Shown in pieces: positions 47,354 through 56,814 of a stretch of DNA of 64,000 bases. The notes beneath the pieces are model-generated. The model did not search any database. It was not told the origin of the DNA and saw only the letters and a list, made by a program, of their open reading frames with translations. Position 1 is the first letter of the stretch, and the number at the start of each line of letters is the position of its first letter. Both the position numbers and the translations under genes were made by a program. This DNA is from Thermoanaerobaculia bacterium (GTDB lineage Bacteria > Acidobacteriota > Thermoanaerobaculia > Multivoradales > Multivoraceae). The DNA lies in the NCBI GenBank assembly GCA_963664405.1, contig OY761158.1, forward strand, positions 6,080,001 through 6,144,000, written 5' to 3'.

Positions 47354-48717
47354 GGATGTGTCCCGTTTTTTGTGGAAATGGGTTCAGGCGTAGTCCTCCG
47401 AGTCGTCTTTTGCTAAATCCTACCGTTTACGCGGCCCTCTCAACCTCGAGCAGGAGCTGAAGCGCCCGGTAGCCGTTAATCCTTCGCAGGTGTATCTGCC
47501 CGAAGGCGACGAGCCCCCAGAGGAGCGTGACGCCGGCAGCCTCGGTGGCAAAGGAGCCCTGGGTTTTAGTGCGGCGACGAAACTCGCGGTTCAGGTTCTC
47601 CAGAGCGTTGGTCGTGCGCACCGAACTCCACAGCGATTTGGGGAGCTCGTAGAAGGTCAGTAGCTGGAACCCTGCCTCCTCAAGGCTGCGAGCCACCGCC
47701 GGGACTAGTCGCGACCACTTGGTGATGAACGCCGCGTAGGCCTTGCGGGCCTGTGCCGCGTCCTCGGCTCGTACGATCGAGTGCCAGTCACGCCGCAGCT
47801 CGTCGTGTGCGTGCACCGGGCAGTGTTTCTTCAGATTCTCCCACTTGTGTTGGACGCAGCGCTGGACTTTGACCTCAGGCCAAGCCTTCAGCGCCGCGGC
47901 CAGCCCTTTGTGGCCATCCGTGACCAGGTAGCGCGGAGCCTGAAGACCTCGGGCCTTCAGATCCTCGATCAGCCACTTCCAGTGCTCGGCGGCCTCGCTC
48001 GCGGCTAAACGTAAGGCCACCAGCACCTTGGTGCCGCCCGGAGTCACACCCAGCACCACCAGCACCGGTACCGAGACCACTCGACGGGCCAAGCGGACCT
48101 TCAGGTGAAAGCCATCGAGAAACAGAAGCACGTAGGACTCCTCCGACAGATCGCGCTCACTCCAGCGAGCAAAAAGCTCCTTCAGCCGAGACACCACACG
48201 CGAAACTGCGCTCTTGGACAGGTGCTCCTCACCCAGCAGCGGAGCCAATGCCTTCTTGATCCGGCGGCTGTTAGCGCCAGCCAGATACGCACCCAGGATC
48301 GCGTCATCGACCTCCTGCGTACGACGAGCGTAACGCGGCACGATCGCACTGCGAAACTCTACGCTGGCCCCATCCTCGCCGACTAGCCGTCCTCGTGGAA
48401 TGTCCAGTTCCTTCGACCCACACGCCGTCGTGATCAGACGACGCTGCTTGCCGTTGCGATAGCCCGCACGCTCGCCTGAACGCTCGTAGGCGCTGCAGCC
48501 CAGCGCCTCGGACAGCTCTTCCTCGAGTGTGATCTCGATCGCCGCACGAACACGCTCGCGTAACAACGAACGAATGTCCTGACGGAAGCGTGCAGCTTCC
48601 CCTTCCTCGTTGATATTCTCCACCATGGCGTAATCCTCCGTTCGCCCTAACCGGCGATGTGTTTGACCACTAGGAGGTTACGCCATTCTCAATTTCCACA
48701 GCATTCGGGACGGATCC
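47354..48717 (-). mobile_element. IS256-family insertion sequence, 1364 bp
   Basis: IRs GGATGTGTCCCGTTTTTTGTGGAAAT / GGATCCGTCCCGAATGCTGTGGAAAT; 8-bp TSD TGAAGCCC at 47346-47353 and 48718-48725. Confidence 0.95.
47427..48626 (-). CDS. IS256-family (Mutator) transposase, intact
   Basis: GYRNG, LFLDG, VTDGHKGL, QRCVQHK, RTTNALENLNREFRRR. Confidence 0.95.
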   Translation of the reverse strand: MVENINEEGEAARFRQDIRSLLRERVRAAIEITLEEELSEALGCSAYERSGERAGYRNGKQRRLITTACGSKELDIPRGRLVGEDGASVEFRSAIVPRYARRTQEVDDAILGAYLAGANSRRIKKALAPLLGEEHLSKSAVSRVVSRLKELFARWSERDLSEESYVLLFLDGFHLKVRLARRVVSVPVLVVLGVTPGGTKVLVALRLAASEAAEHWKWLIEDLKARGLQAPRYLVTDGHKGLAAALKAWPEVKVQRCVQHKWENLKKHCPVHAHDELRRDWHSIVRAEDAAQARKAYAAFITKWSRLVPAVARSLEEAGFQLLTFYELPKSLWSSVRTTNALENLNREFRRRTKTQGSFATEAAGVTLLWGLVAFGQIHLRRINGYRALQLLLEVERAA

Positions 48718-50091
48718 TGAAGCCCTATGCCCAGGGGATCGTAGGACATCCCACCTGGGTCCGAGCTCTGCCCCCTGTCGGCCATGTAGCGGATGGCTGA
48801 GATCGGTCGGACATAGTCGTACCAGCCTTTGGCCCCCCAGGCCGCGATGGCGACGTCGTGCATGGCGCCGCCCAGGGTGAGATAAACCTTGACGTCCCAC
48901 TCCAGATCGTTGAGCACCGGGCCAGTGCCCTCGAGACGCTTGACTACCTGCGGATGGTCGGAGACGTAGTTGGCGATCGTGAACCAGTGTCCCGGCGGGG
49001 TCTCGGAGTCGGGCCCGTCGGCCCAGAACTCCGCCAGAATGCGGTAGTAGTCGCCGGCCGGGACGATCTGAGGAGCGTAGGCTTCGCCGGTCACCGGGTT
49101 CAGGTCGTAACCGTCACCGTCATTGGTGCCGAGAGTGTTGTCCCCGTTCGAGGCCGGGCTGACGTCGATCATGACTCCGCCCGTGGGGTCCAGGAGCCCA
49201 CTCCACTCGATGACCTGCTCGAAGCCGGATTTGTACGCAGCGTCGGTCCCGCTTCCGATATAGGGCGGTGGCCCCGGGTCGTGGTAGACCCAATACTCGA
49301 AGCCGGCCCGCTCGTAGACTGTCAGGTCCTCTTCCTTCAGCGCGAACGGAAGCACCAGGCCCCATTCCGGGCTCAAGAAGTCGGGAACGCCGGTGGGGAA
49401 GAGATTGCCCGACTGGTCGACAAAGAACTCGAGCGCCAGCGGTTGCCAGCGGTTCGGGTCGACGATGTCGGGGTTGCCTGGCAACACTGGCAGCATAGGG
49501 GGGTTGATCGGGGTGTAAGAGAGGTTGGCATAGTCGCCCGCTTCATTGGCGCCGTCGCTCAGCCCCAAGTCGATGTAGGCCTCGGCGATGCGGTTGCCGA
49601 GTGCGGCCGGAGAATCTCCGGAGGTGCTGGAGAATCCCTTGTCGTAGCCCAGGGTGTCCATCAGGGCATCGAAGGAGGGGAGCGAGTCTTCGGCACCGGG
49701 CGAGCTCGCGAATCGCCACTTCAGCAGCCGATAGGCGGCGTAGCTGACTGCTTCTTCTCGCGCCGCTTCGACGTCTGCGGCGCTGGCTTGCTCGTGGTTC
49801 AGCCAGGTGTCGGTAGTGGGGTCGTAGGCCGCCCAGGCGTCCCACATCGCTGCGGAGGTATGAAAGAGGTTGCGTGCGTGGACGGTGGGTCGGGCAAAGT
49901 CGCCACGGATGGCGTCGAGAAGCGCTTCGTTCCACTGTCGAGCGACCGAGTGCTGGGCAATGGCCCCCGTTGCAGTCAGGAGGAGCAGAAGGCCTGCAAG
50001 CACAATTGCCGTGCTGGCTCGAGCCCGAGAGTCGACTCTTCTTGTATGGAGCAAGTCCTGAGTCCCCGTATTGTTGAGGGCGTTATTTCCC

Positions 50092-52137
50092 TCATGGGGT
50101 ATACCAGATCGGCGAGGACCATGCACGCTCCTGCAGGGTGGGTGGAAGATCCTGACGCGGCTCGACGCCGGCCCGAATCGCATCCCAGGTCGACCAGCGA
50201 CAGCTTGGATTCTCCAGCACCCGCACGTGGTAGAAGGCCCGCTGGGCGGCGTCGAAATCCGGGTCGGTCCACAGAGCACGCAGCTCACTGGCGCCGACAT
50301 CTTCACCGAAGGTGCAATCGTCGAGGTTCACTTCGGCGCCGTTGTCGGGGCAGCGGTGGGTGCTCGAGCTCACCTCCAGGCCGTCGGAGCAGCCGACGTC
50401 GTAGACACGCTCGTGCGCCTCGCCGTCGGCCACCCAGCCCTTGACCACCTGTAGCCGCTGGAGTGGAGCGCTATTCGGGTCGCGTACGGCCCACGCTAGA
50501 AAGCGAGGTGCATGACCGGTTTCAGCCGGAAGATCGCCGCCCATCGCAACGCCACCGGCGTAGGCCACTTCGATCATGTTCGGATCTGCGACCAGCCCGT
50601 CCTCGAAGTCGTAGCCGGCGAAGAAGCGGATACGCATGCGCGGTCCAGAAGTGGCGAAGGTCTCTTTGCGCCGAAAGGCGTCATAGATCGATTCCCGCGT
50701 GTTCTCCTCCGCCCATACTCCGGCAAGGCCCGAGGCTCCCCAGTAGTGGTAGTAGTTGCTGGTGTACTCGGACCCGTCTTCGTTGGGGGCGTCGAGGGGC
50801 ACGGATCCGCGCTGCTCCGGTGTTGCGTCATTGCGGCCGACCTTGCTGAAGAAATTGTCTTCCTCCTGAGAGCCTGCGGCATTGTGGGAGTCGCTCGAGC
50901 CGATGAGGCCGAAGCGATAGGGGTTGAAGCCCTGCGCTTCTTCCATCTCCAGGCCGTTGAGATACGCCTCTCGCACATAGCTCCCCGAGGGTGTGCTCGG
51001 AGTCGTGGTGGCGATGATGTAGGGGAAGATCTCGAAATCCGCCCATTCGTCGTTGGGCGATAGGGCAGGATGAGTGTCGGAGGTACCTTTGACCTGGGTG
51101 ATCTCTACCAGGGGCTCATTGCGCATTCTTTGCTCGGCGTAGGCTGCGTCGAGAGGCTCACCCTCGAACTTCTCGAGCTCGAACATCTGGCCGTTCGACC
51201 CGTTCGAGTTGTGGGGGATGGCCAGCGCTTCCATCCCCGCCTCACGCTTGCCATCCATCCACGACCACAGAGCCTCCGGGTTCATCGAATCGAGGCGACT
51301 GAAGGGGATGTCGGGCACCGCACTGCCCCGAAAGATCACATTGCGATGGAGGTTCTGCCCTTCCGGGCTTCCCGTGTACTCGTATGCGATGAAGGTCGTG
51401 AACTTACCGGGGTCGTTGTGTCGCTCGGCGGAGGCGACGATCTCCCGCCAGGCCGAGCGAACGACCTCCTTGTCGAGCATGCCGGTGCGCTGGCCCAGGG
51501 TGTGACTCCTCATCTCAGTGAACGCCGTTCGACGTTCGTCGTCGGTGGTCGCCGAGTTGATCTGCTTGGCGAGAGGAGTCTTCGACACTTCCTGCTCGGG
51601 GTCGGACATCGCCTTGAGCATGCCAAGAAAGCTGGCGTGATCCGCGACGGCGTAGAAATCGAGGGGTGCCGACATCTGCACATCGAATCCTGCCGCATGC
51701 TGGATCGCCTCCCCTTTTGCATAGCGATAGGCGTCCTCGGGGCCGGAGCGCGTGCCGAAGATGAAGGCGTCATAGGAGAACACGGTGTGCACGTGCACGT
51801 CGCCGAAGTAGGCGTTGCGAAGGGGGTTCGGCGTCAGTGGGCCGTTTGCGGTGGACGCCAGAGCTTCGAGGGCCGGGTTGTCGATGCCCACTTCGCCGCC
51901 GGATCCGCCACAGCCAGCAATTGCGGAGGCGAGGAGAACGATGGCTAGACCAGCGTTTCCAAAGTTCGTGCTGCATAGCTCGAGGTCATTCTGTTCGCTG
52001 GCTAGGCGCGCTGACGCAGGCATATTGGGCAATATGTCGAGGAGGCGAAACGACGCCAGCGGGCAGAAGGGCCCGAGATATGTGCGCGAACTTTGGAAAC
52101 GCTGGTCTAGTGAGCTCAGTCGGGGGATGTGTTTCAT
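50092..52137 (-). CDS. DUF3604-family lipoprotein carrying a 54-codon in-frame palindromic insertion in its signal peptide
   Basis: AYFGDVHVHT, LDFYAVADH, NLHRNVIF, IPHNSNGS, GSSDSH, QERAWSSPIWY; start at ATG 52137 or GTG 52146. Confidence 0.88.
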   Translation of the reverse strand: MKHIPRLSSLDQRFQSSRTYLGPFCPLASFRLLDILPNMPASARLASEQNDLELCSTNFGNAGLAIVLLASAIAGCGGSGGEVGIDNPALEALASTANGPLTPNPLRNAYFGDVHVHTVFSYDAFIFGTRSGPEDAYRYAKGEAIQHAAGFDVQMSAPLDFYAVADHASFLGMLKAMSDPEQEVSKTPLAKQINSATTDDERRTAFTEMRSHTLGQRTGMLDKEVVRSAWREIVASAERHNDPGKFTTFIAYEYTGSPEGQNLHRNVIFRGSAVPDIPFSRLDSMNPEALWSWMDGKREAGMEALAIPHNSNGSNGQMFELEKFEGEPLDAAYAEQRMRNEPLVEITQVKGTSDTHPALSPNDEWADFEIFPYIIATTTPSTPSGSYVREAYLNGLEMEEAQGFNPYRFGLIGSSDSHNAAGSQEEDNFFSKVGRNDATPEQRGSVPLDAPNEDGSEYTSNYYHYWGASGLAGVWAEENTRESIYDAFRRKETFATSGPRMRIRFFAGYDFEDGLVADPNMIEVAYAGGVAMGGDLPAETGHAPRFLAWAVRDPNSAPLQRLQVVKGWVADGEAHERVYDVGCSDGLEVSSSTHRCPDNGAEVNLDDCTFGEDVGASELRALWTDPDFDAAQRAFYHVRVLENPSCRWSTWDAIRAGVEPRQDLPPTLQERAWSSPIWYTP
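51945..52110. mobile_element. 166-bp CTAG-bounded palindromic miniature element (MITE-like)
   Basis: Perfect 24-bp terminal IR CTAGACCAGCGTTTCCAAAGTTCG / CGAACTTTGGAAACGCTGGTCTAG with further imperfect internal pairing. Confidence 0.88.
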
Positions 52138-52371
52138 CTCGATCACTCCAGGAAAGTAGCTGAGTCGTACGAGTAACGGAGGGGACTCACGATCCTACAC
52201 CCGCTGTCGGGTGGTCTTTGTCGACGGCTGCGCTGCGGTACTCTCTCGGTTCCTAGAAGGTCAGGAATCGAACCAGGGGTGCCCGACCAGGGGCGCTGGA
52301 CCAGGAGTGCCCCTACCCTTGGCGAATCGGAGGCGAGTGATGGCAGTGAAGAAGAAAAGAGCAAGTCCGTA

Positions 52372-53433
52372 GTGCGAAGGAAGAAAGTCGTGGTGCAGCT
52401 TCCCGGGATCGCCCGCATCGCGTCGGGGTCGCTCGCGAGTCGCTACAAGCATGAACTGGAAGCCTTGCGTCCGGCCGGTGTCCGCCTCGTCGAAGTGCAG
52501 GCGAGCACCGAGGACGAGCTGATCGAAGGCTCGCGCGATGCCGATGCGCTGATCACCTCCTGGGGAATCAAGATCTCAAAGCGCGTGATCGCCGGGCTCG
52601 ATCGTTGTGTCGTAATCGGAGTCGGCAGCGTCGGGGTCGACATGGTCGACATCGCGGCGGCCACCGAGGCCGGTATCGTGGTCACCAACGTACCGGATGT
52701 GTTCATCGAGGAAGTTGCCGATCACGCAATGATGATGCTTCTGGCCTCGGCGCGGCGAGCACGTGAGATGGACGCCCTGGCGCGCGAGCAGAGGTGGTTC
52801 GAGGGGCGCCCACTGCTCAACGAAACCCCGCGCCTGTGGGGGCAGACGCTCGGCTTGGTCGCTTTCGGCAACGTAGCTCGAGCGGTGGCGCGGCGTGCCA
52901 AGCCGTTCGGATTCAAGGTAATTGCCGCCGACCCTTATGTGACCGAGCTGAAGATGACCGGCGAAGGCGTCGAGCCGGTGGATCTGAACGAGCTACTCGA
53001 GCGCTCCGACTACATCTCTGTTCACGCACCGCTGAACAATGAGACCCGCCACCTGCTTTCGACCGCCCAATTCAAGAAGATGAAGAAGACGGCGATCGTG
53101 GTCAACACCTCCCGCGGGCCGGTGATCGATGAGACGGCACTGATCAAGGCCCTGCGCCAAGGCGAGATCGCCGGCGCCGGGCTCGACGTGCTGGAGAAAG
53201 AGCCGCCCAATCCCAGGAATCCGCTGCTCAAGATGCCGAACGTTCTGCTCTCGCCTCACATCGCCTCGGCATCGACGAGGATGCGCCCCCAGACTCGCCG
53301 CCGGGTCGGCTACGAGGTGGCGCTCGCTCTGGGTGGACGTTGGCCGATGAGCTGTGTGAACCCCACGGTGTTGCCGCGTGCCTCCCTCGAGCGCTGGCAG
53401 CCGGTACCGATGGAGCGTGGACCGAATCGGTAG
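52372..53433 (+). CDS. D-isomer-specific 2-hydroxyacid dehydrogenase (CtBP-like), paralog B
   Basis: VTNVPDVFIEEVADHA, TLGLVAFGNVAR, NTSRG, SPHIAS; start uncertain. Confidence 0.88.
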   Translation: MRRKKVVVQLPGIARIASGSLASRYKHELEALRPAGVRLVEVQASTEDELIEGSRDADALITSWGIKISKRVIAGLDRCVVIGVGSVGVDMVDIAAATEAGIVVTNVPDVFIEEVADHAMMMLLASARRAREMDALAREQRWFEGRPLLNETPRLWGQTLGLVAFGNVARAVARRAKPFGFKVIAADPYVTELKMTGEGVEPVDLNELLERSDYISVHAPLNNETRHLLSTAQFKKMKKTAIVVNTSRGPVIDETALIKALRQGEIAGAGLDVLEKEPPNPRNPLLKMPNVLLSPHIASASTRMRPQTRRRVGYEVALALGGRWPMSCVNPTVLPRASLERWQPVPMERGPNR

Positions 53434-53460
53434 GGTCAGCTGAGGGCCAGGCGTCCCGAA

Positions 53461-54204
53461 TCAGCCCGCCAGGCGCATCAGATAGAACACGTAGCCATAC
53501 GATCCTTCGCGGGCACGAAACAAATCGATCTCACCTTGGGTTTGATCGAGCACCGCAAGCGCCGCAGGTTCTGTGGTGCGTGGCCTGCGCTCCAGGATTC
53601 TCCTTTCAAGCTCGCCGTAGTAGCCGCTCCACCAATCCTCCTCCGGTAGCACGAAGCCCCTGATGGCGTGGAAGCCTGCGGCGACAGTACGACGGCGATT
53701 CTCATCGAGCGTGCCCATACCGGGGTAGGCGGCGCTCCAGAAGTCGACTGCCGGGGCCGGCGGAGAATGGGTCAGCCAGGTCAGCTCGGTCACCGCGACG
53801 ACGCCATCATCCCGAAGCAGCGGTCGCCAAGCCTCGAGGCCTGCCTGAAAGCCCATGTTGTAGATCGCCCCCTCCGACCAGATGAGATCGAAGGATCTCT
53901 CAGCAAAGTCGAGGTCGGCCATGGATTTGCACCGAGTGTCGATCTGCTGGTCGACGCCCTCGGCCGCTGCTTGCGCCCGCAGCTGCTCGAGGAGCTCTTC
54001 GAGCAAGTCGACGGCAACGATGGTGCCACCCGTCTGTCGTGCGAGAGCGAGGGTCTGCCGTCCGCTGCCGCACCCGACGTCGAGGATGCGGGGCGTGGTT
54101 CCGAGCTCTGGAAGAAAGGCGAGAGCTCTCGAGGTGGAGGCATCACTACCAGGGCCCTGCTGTGGCAGTCCCCGGAACAGGTCGGGTAGGAGGCCGCCTG
54201 GCAT
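53461..54204 (-). CDS. Class I SAM-dependent methyltransferase
   Basis: GLPQQGPGS, ILDVGCGSG, FDLIWSEGAIYNMGF, YGYVFY. Confidence 0.88.
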   Translation of the reverse strand: MPGGLLPDLFRGLPQQGPGSDASTSRALAFLPELGTTPRILDVGCGSGRQTLALARQTGGTIVAVDLLEELLEQLRAQAAAEGVDQQIDTRCKSMADLDFAERSFDLIWSEGAIYNMGFQAGLEAWRPLLRDDGVVAVTELTWLTHSPPAPAVDFWSAAYPGMGTLDENRRRTVAAGFHAIRGFVLPEEDWWSGYYGELERRILERRPRTTEPAALAVLDQTQGEIDLFRAREGSYGYVFYLMRLAG

Positions 54205-54223
54205 CGATACAGACCGACTGCGA

Positions 54224-56788
54224 CTACTGAGAGGAGTAGCCACCGACCCAGGTCGGGCTCGACCAGGCGCTGGCATCGTTCAGCTGTCGTACCCGAACGT
54301 AGTAGTAGTCGCCTTCGCGTGGCTCGTCGGTGTCGGTGTAGTTGAATTCGATATCACGCTCGCCGTCAGCGATGTGGCGGACGGTAATGCTGTCATCCGG
54401 ATAGCCTTCGATCGGCATCTTGCGCTCGAGTCGGCCGCGACGGAGGTCGCCGAGGGCCAGCCGTACGCGCCCGCCCTCGATGGTGGCTCGTTCGCGGAAG
54501 AAGGGCGGCGCTGAACCCGTTTCGGCGGCGTCTTCGAGATCGAGGACGAGTGCCGCCCCCGGTTGCACATTCGACAGGGCTAGCCTCAGGGAGCTCATCT
54601 CGCCGCGGGTATTGGTCGCGAAACGTGCGCCCCGCTCGTGGGGCTCGAGCCGCTGGGTGGTGGGGTTGGTGAAGTCGGTGGCGCTGACTGCGTCCACCCG
54701 TGCGCCGGAGACGGTGAGGTCGCCGATCCAGTGCCGCCAGCCTCGCGGCGCGTCGCCGGCGTGGAGCGGGGTCGGGTCGGAATAGAACGAGAGCAGAAGC
54801 TCCATCGACCCTCCGCGGCTTGCCTGGGCCGAAGAATACTCGCGCTCCCAGATCTGCTCGCCGTTCTTCATCAGATGGATCGACTCGATCGGGGCGGTAC
54901 CGATGACCCGGCCGCGGATCTCCCTGGTCTCGGAAAAGGGGGCTCGCTGACCCATTTCGACCCCGTTCACCTTGACGTCGAGGATCATCCGGTCGCCGGT
55001 GGTGGCGTAGGTACGCCGCTCTTTCATGGCGTCGAAGATCGCGTCCCGCGACCGCTCCGGGGCCATCACCGCTCCCAAGCCGCCCCGTTGCGCCAGCGAG
55101 TTGCGATTCGGTCCCGAGTAGCCGGGGTGTGACAGGTGGTCGTCGGAGGCCGCGGTCACTCCGACCAGCTGGCCGTGGGCCAGATACGCCTTGATGAACC
55201 ACTCGAAGGAGCCGTGCATCGACATCATCTCGACAAGGGACTCGAGCTTGACGTCCGACTGTCGATAGTCGCCAGGGTTGTGAGCGTGGGGGATGGTCAG
55301 TACGTCGGCCGGGTCGTAGCGCTCTTTCAGCTCCTGGTAGAGCTGCGACAAGCCAGGGTACTCGAGACCTGAGACTCGCTCCTGGTCGCCGATAGTGCGG
55401 AAGAGCACATTGTGATGGCCGCCGTAACGAGCGGCACGGGTCCACTCCCACCCCAGATAGGGAATGAATCGCCCAGGCTCATCGAACTCCGCGCTGGTTT
55501 TTCGCATCAGCTCCCACTCGCCGTCGTCGAGCGAGCTGTCGTGCTCGGAATGGGTGACGTAGTCGAGGCGGGCGTCATCGCGGGCGAATTCCAGGAAGAA
55601 ATTGACCGCGCCGATCCCTTCCGCATAGCCGGAGTGCCCGTGGGTGTCGCCCCAGTAGATGCGGCGCTCAGGGTTCTCGACCACCAGAATCGGGTTCGCC
55701 TCGCCGGTGATCGAACCGTCTTGGGAGCGCAGAGTGATCCAGTGGGGCCCGACCTCGTCGAGGGCCATGTTGACGAGAGTGATCGCCTGGTCGCCGGCCG
55801 GAGTGGAGGAGTGGAGCTCGCCGTTGACGAGGATGTCGAAGGCGGGAATGTCGCCGGTGGCGCGGTTGAAGAAAGCGTCTTCAGCGCGTACCGAGAGCTC
55901 GAACGATTCACCAGGGGTCACGAGGCTCGGCGCGAAACCATGGACTCCGGAAGCATGGGTGCCGGTGACGACAAAGGGCAAGAGAGGCAAGGGTCGCCAT
56001 TCGCTCGAGCCGTCCAAGTCGACATAGAGAGGAAATGGCATGCGACCGCCCGAGGTCGAGGTCATCAGCAGTCCCTCGCCGCCGCCGCTGGTATCGCCGA
56101 TGGTGATGGTGACGGTTTCGCCGGGGTCGAGCTCACCTACCGTCACTCGGAAAGCAATCGCGGGCACGGGGGCCCGGAATCCGCCATGGGGGCCCGAGGC
56201 CATGAACCCCTCCTCGAGCTCCAAGTTGACATCGTCGTCGCTGGTCGCGATCGAGACGTAGCCGGCACCGGTCGGATCGGCGGTCTGGTAGGGCGCGGAG
56301 TTGACATTGAAGTGCCGAGCGACCCAGAAGCCGCCGCCGGTTTGAACCGGATGAGTGCCGACCGTCCAGATCTGCTTCAAGGTGGCATAGGTCCGTGCTT
56401 CGAAGGGTCCCAACGACTCGGCTCTGAGCTCGCCGAGCGCGCCCTCTTCCTCACGCAGAGTGAACTCCCTCACCAGTTGGTCGACGGTGGCCGCAGCGGC
56501 TAGGGCGGCCTGGCCCTGGGGTGGGATGGTCGCGTAGAGCCGCACTCCAGGCCCACCGAGACCGACCTCGCCGCCTGCCAGTGCGTAAGCGTCGACCCAA
56601 TCGGCAAGAACAATTGACCGCTCGCCGAGAGTGCTTGCGTCGGTCGGGCTTGCGCTGACGTCCGCTTTCAGTTTCTCGATCGCGGCGCGCAGTCCACTAT
56701 CGGTAGTTTGCTGCGCGTGCTCGCCGGTTCCAGACCCACAGCCGCCCGCCAGGAGACCGATGAGACAGATTGTGTTCAACACTCTCAT
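54224..56788 (-). CDS. DUF3604/PHP-like metallohydrolase lipoprotein, long type B (paralog of 32964-35519)
   Basis: LAGGC lipobox after ATG 56788; WGDTHGH, SEHD, GHHNV, PHAH, SDDH, YYYVRVRQ..AWSSP.W. Confidence 0.78.
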   Translation of the reverse strand: MRVLNTICLIGLLAGGCGSGTGEHAQQTTDSGLRAAIEKLKADVSASPTDASTLGERSIVLADWVDAYALAGGEVGLGGPGVRLYATIPPQGQAALAAAATVDQLVREFTLREEEGALGELRAESLGPFEARTYATLKQIWTVGTHPVQTGGGFWVARHFNVNSAPYQTADPTGAGYVSIATSDDDVNLELEEGFMASGPHGGFRAPVPAIAFRVTVGELDPGETVTITIGDTSGGGEGLLMTSTSGGRMPFPLYVDLDGSSEWRPLPLLPFVVTGTHASGVHGFAPSLVTPGESFELSVRAEDAFFNRATGDIPAFDILVNGELHSSTPAGDQAITLVNMALDEVGPHWITLRSQDGSITGEANPILVVENPERRIYWGDTHGHSGYAEGIGAVNFFLEFARDDARLDYVTHSEHDSSLDDGEWELMRKTSAEFDEPGRFIPYLGWEWTRAARYGGHHNVLFRTIGDQERVSGLEYPGLSQLYQELKERYDPADVLTIPHAHNPGDYRQSDVKLESLVEMMSMHGSFEWFIKAYLAHGQLVGVTAASDDHLSHPGYSGPNRNSLAQRGGLGAVMAPERSRDAIFDAMKERRTYATTGDRMILDVKVNGVEMGQRAPFSETREIRGRVIGTAPIESIHLMKNGEQIWEREYSSAQASRGGSMELLLSFYSDPTPLHAGDAPRGWRHWIGDLTVSGARVDAVSATDFTNPTTQRLEPHERGARFATNTRGEMSSLRLALSNVQPGAALVLDLEDAAETGSAPPFFRERATIEGGRVRLALGDLRRGRLERKMPIEGYPDDSITVRHIADGERDIEFNYTDTDEPREGDYYYVRVRQLNDASAWSSPTWVGGYSSQ

Positions 56789-56814
56789 TCTAGATACCCC
56801 CTCGTTTCGACGCC

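Larger units (their letters stand above)
46433..50054 (-). pseudogene. Secreted vanadium-dependent haloperoxidase/PAP2-like protein, interrupted by IS256
   Basis: SVARQWNE..RPTVHARNLFH, WADGP..ETPPGHW, KGWYDYVRP, TPPFAGYVSGHS, SRIYGGIH; the halves rejoin in frame (LGIGL-HPGSIELV); start approximate. Confidence 0.85.

Noticed and set aside
50055-50306. N-terminal extension of the haloperoxidase ORF
   Set aside because: It overlaps the DUF3604 gene's 3' end; the signal peptide indicates a start near 50054
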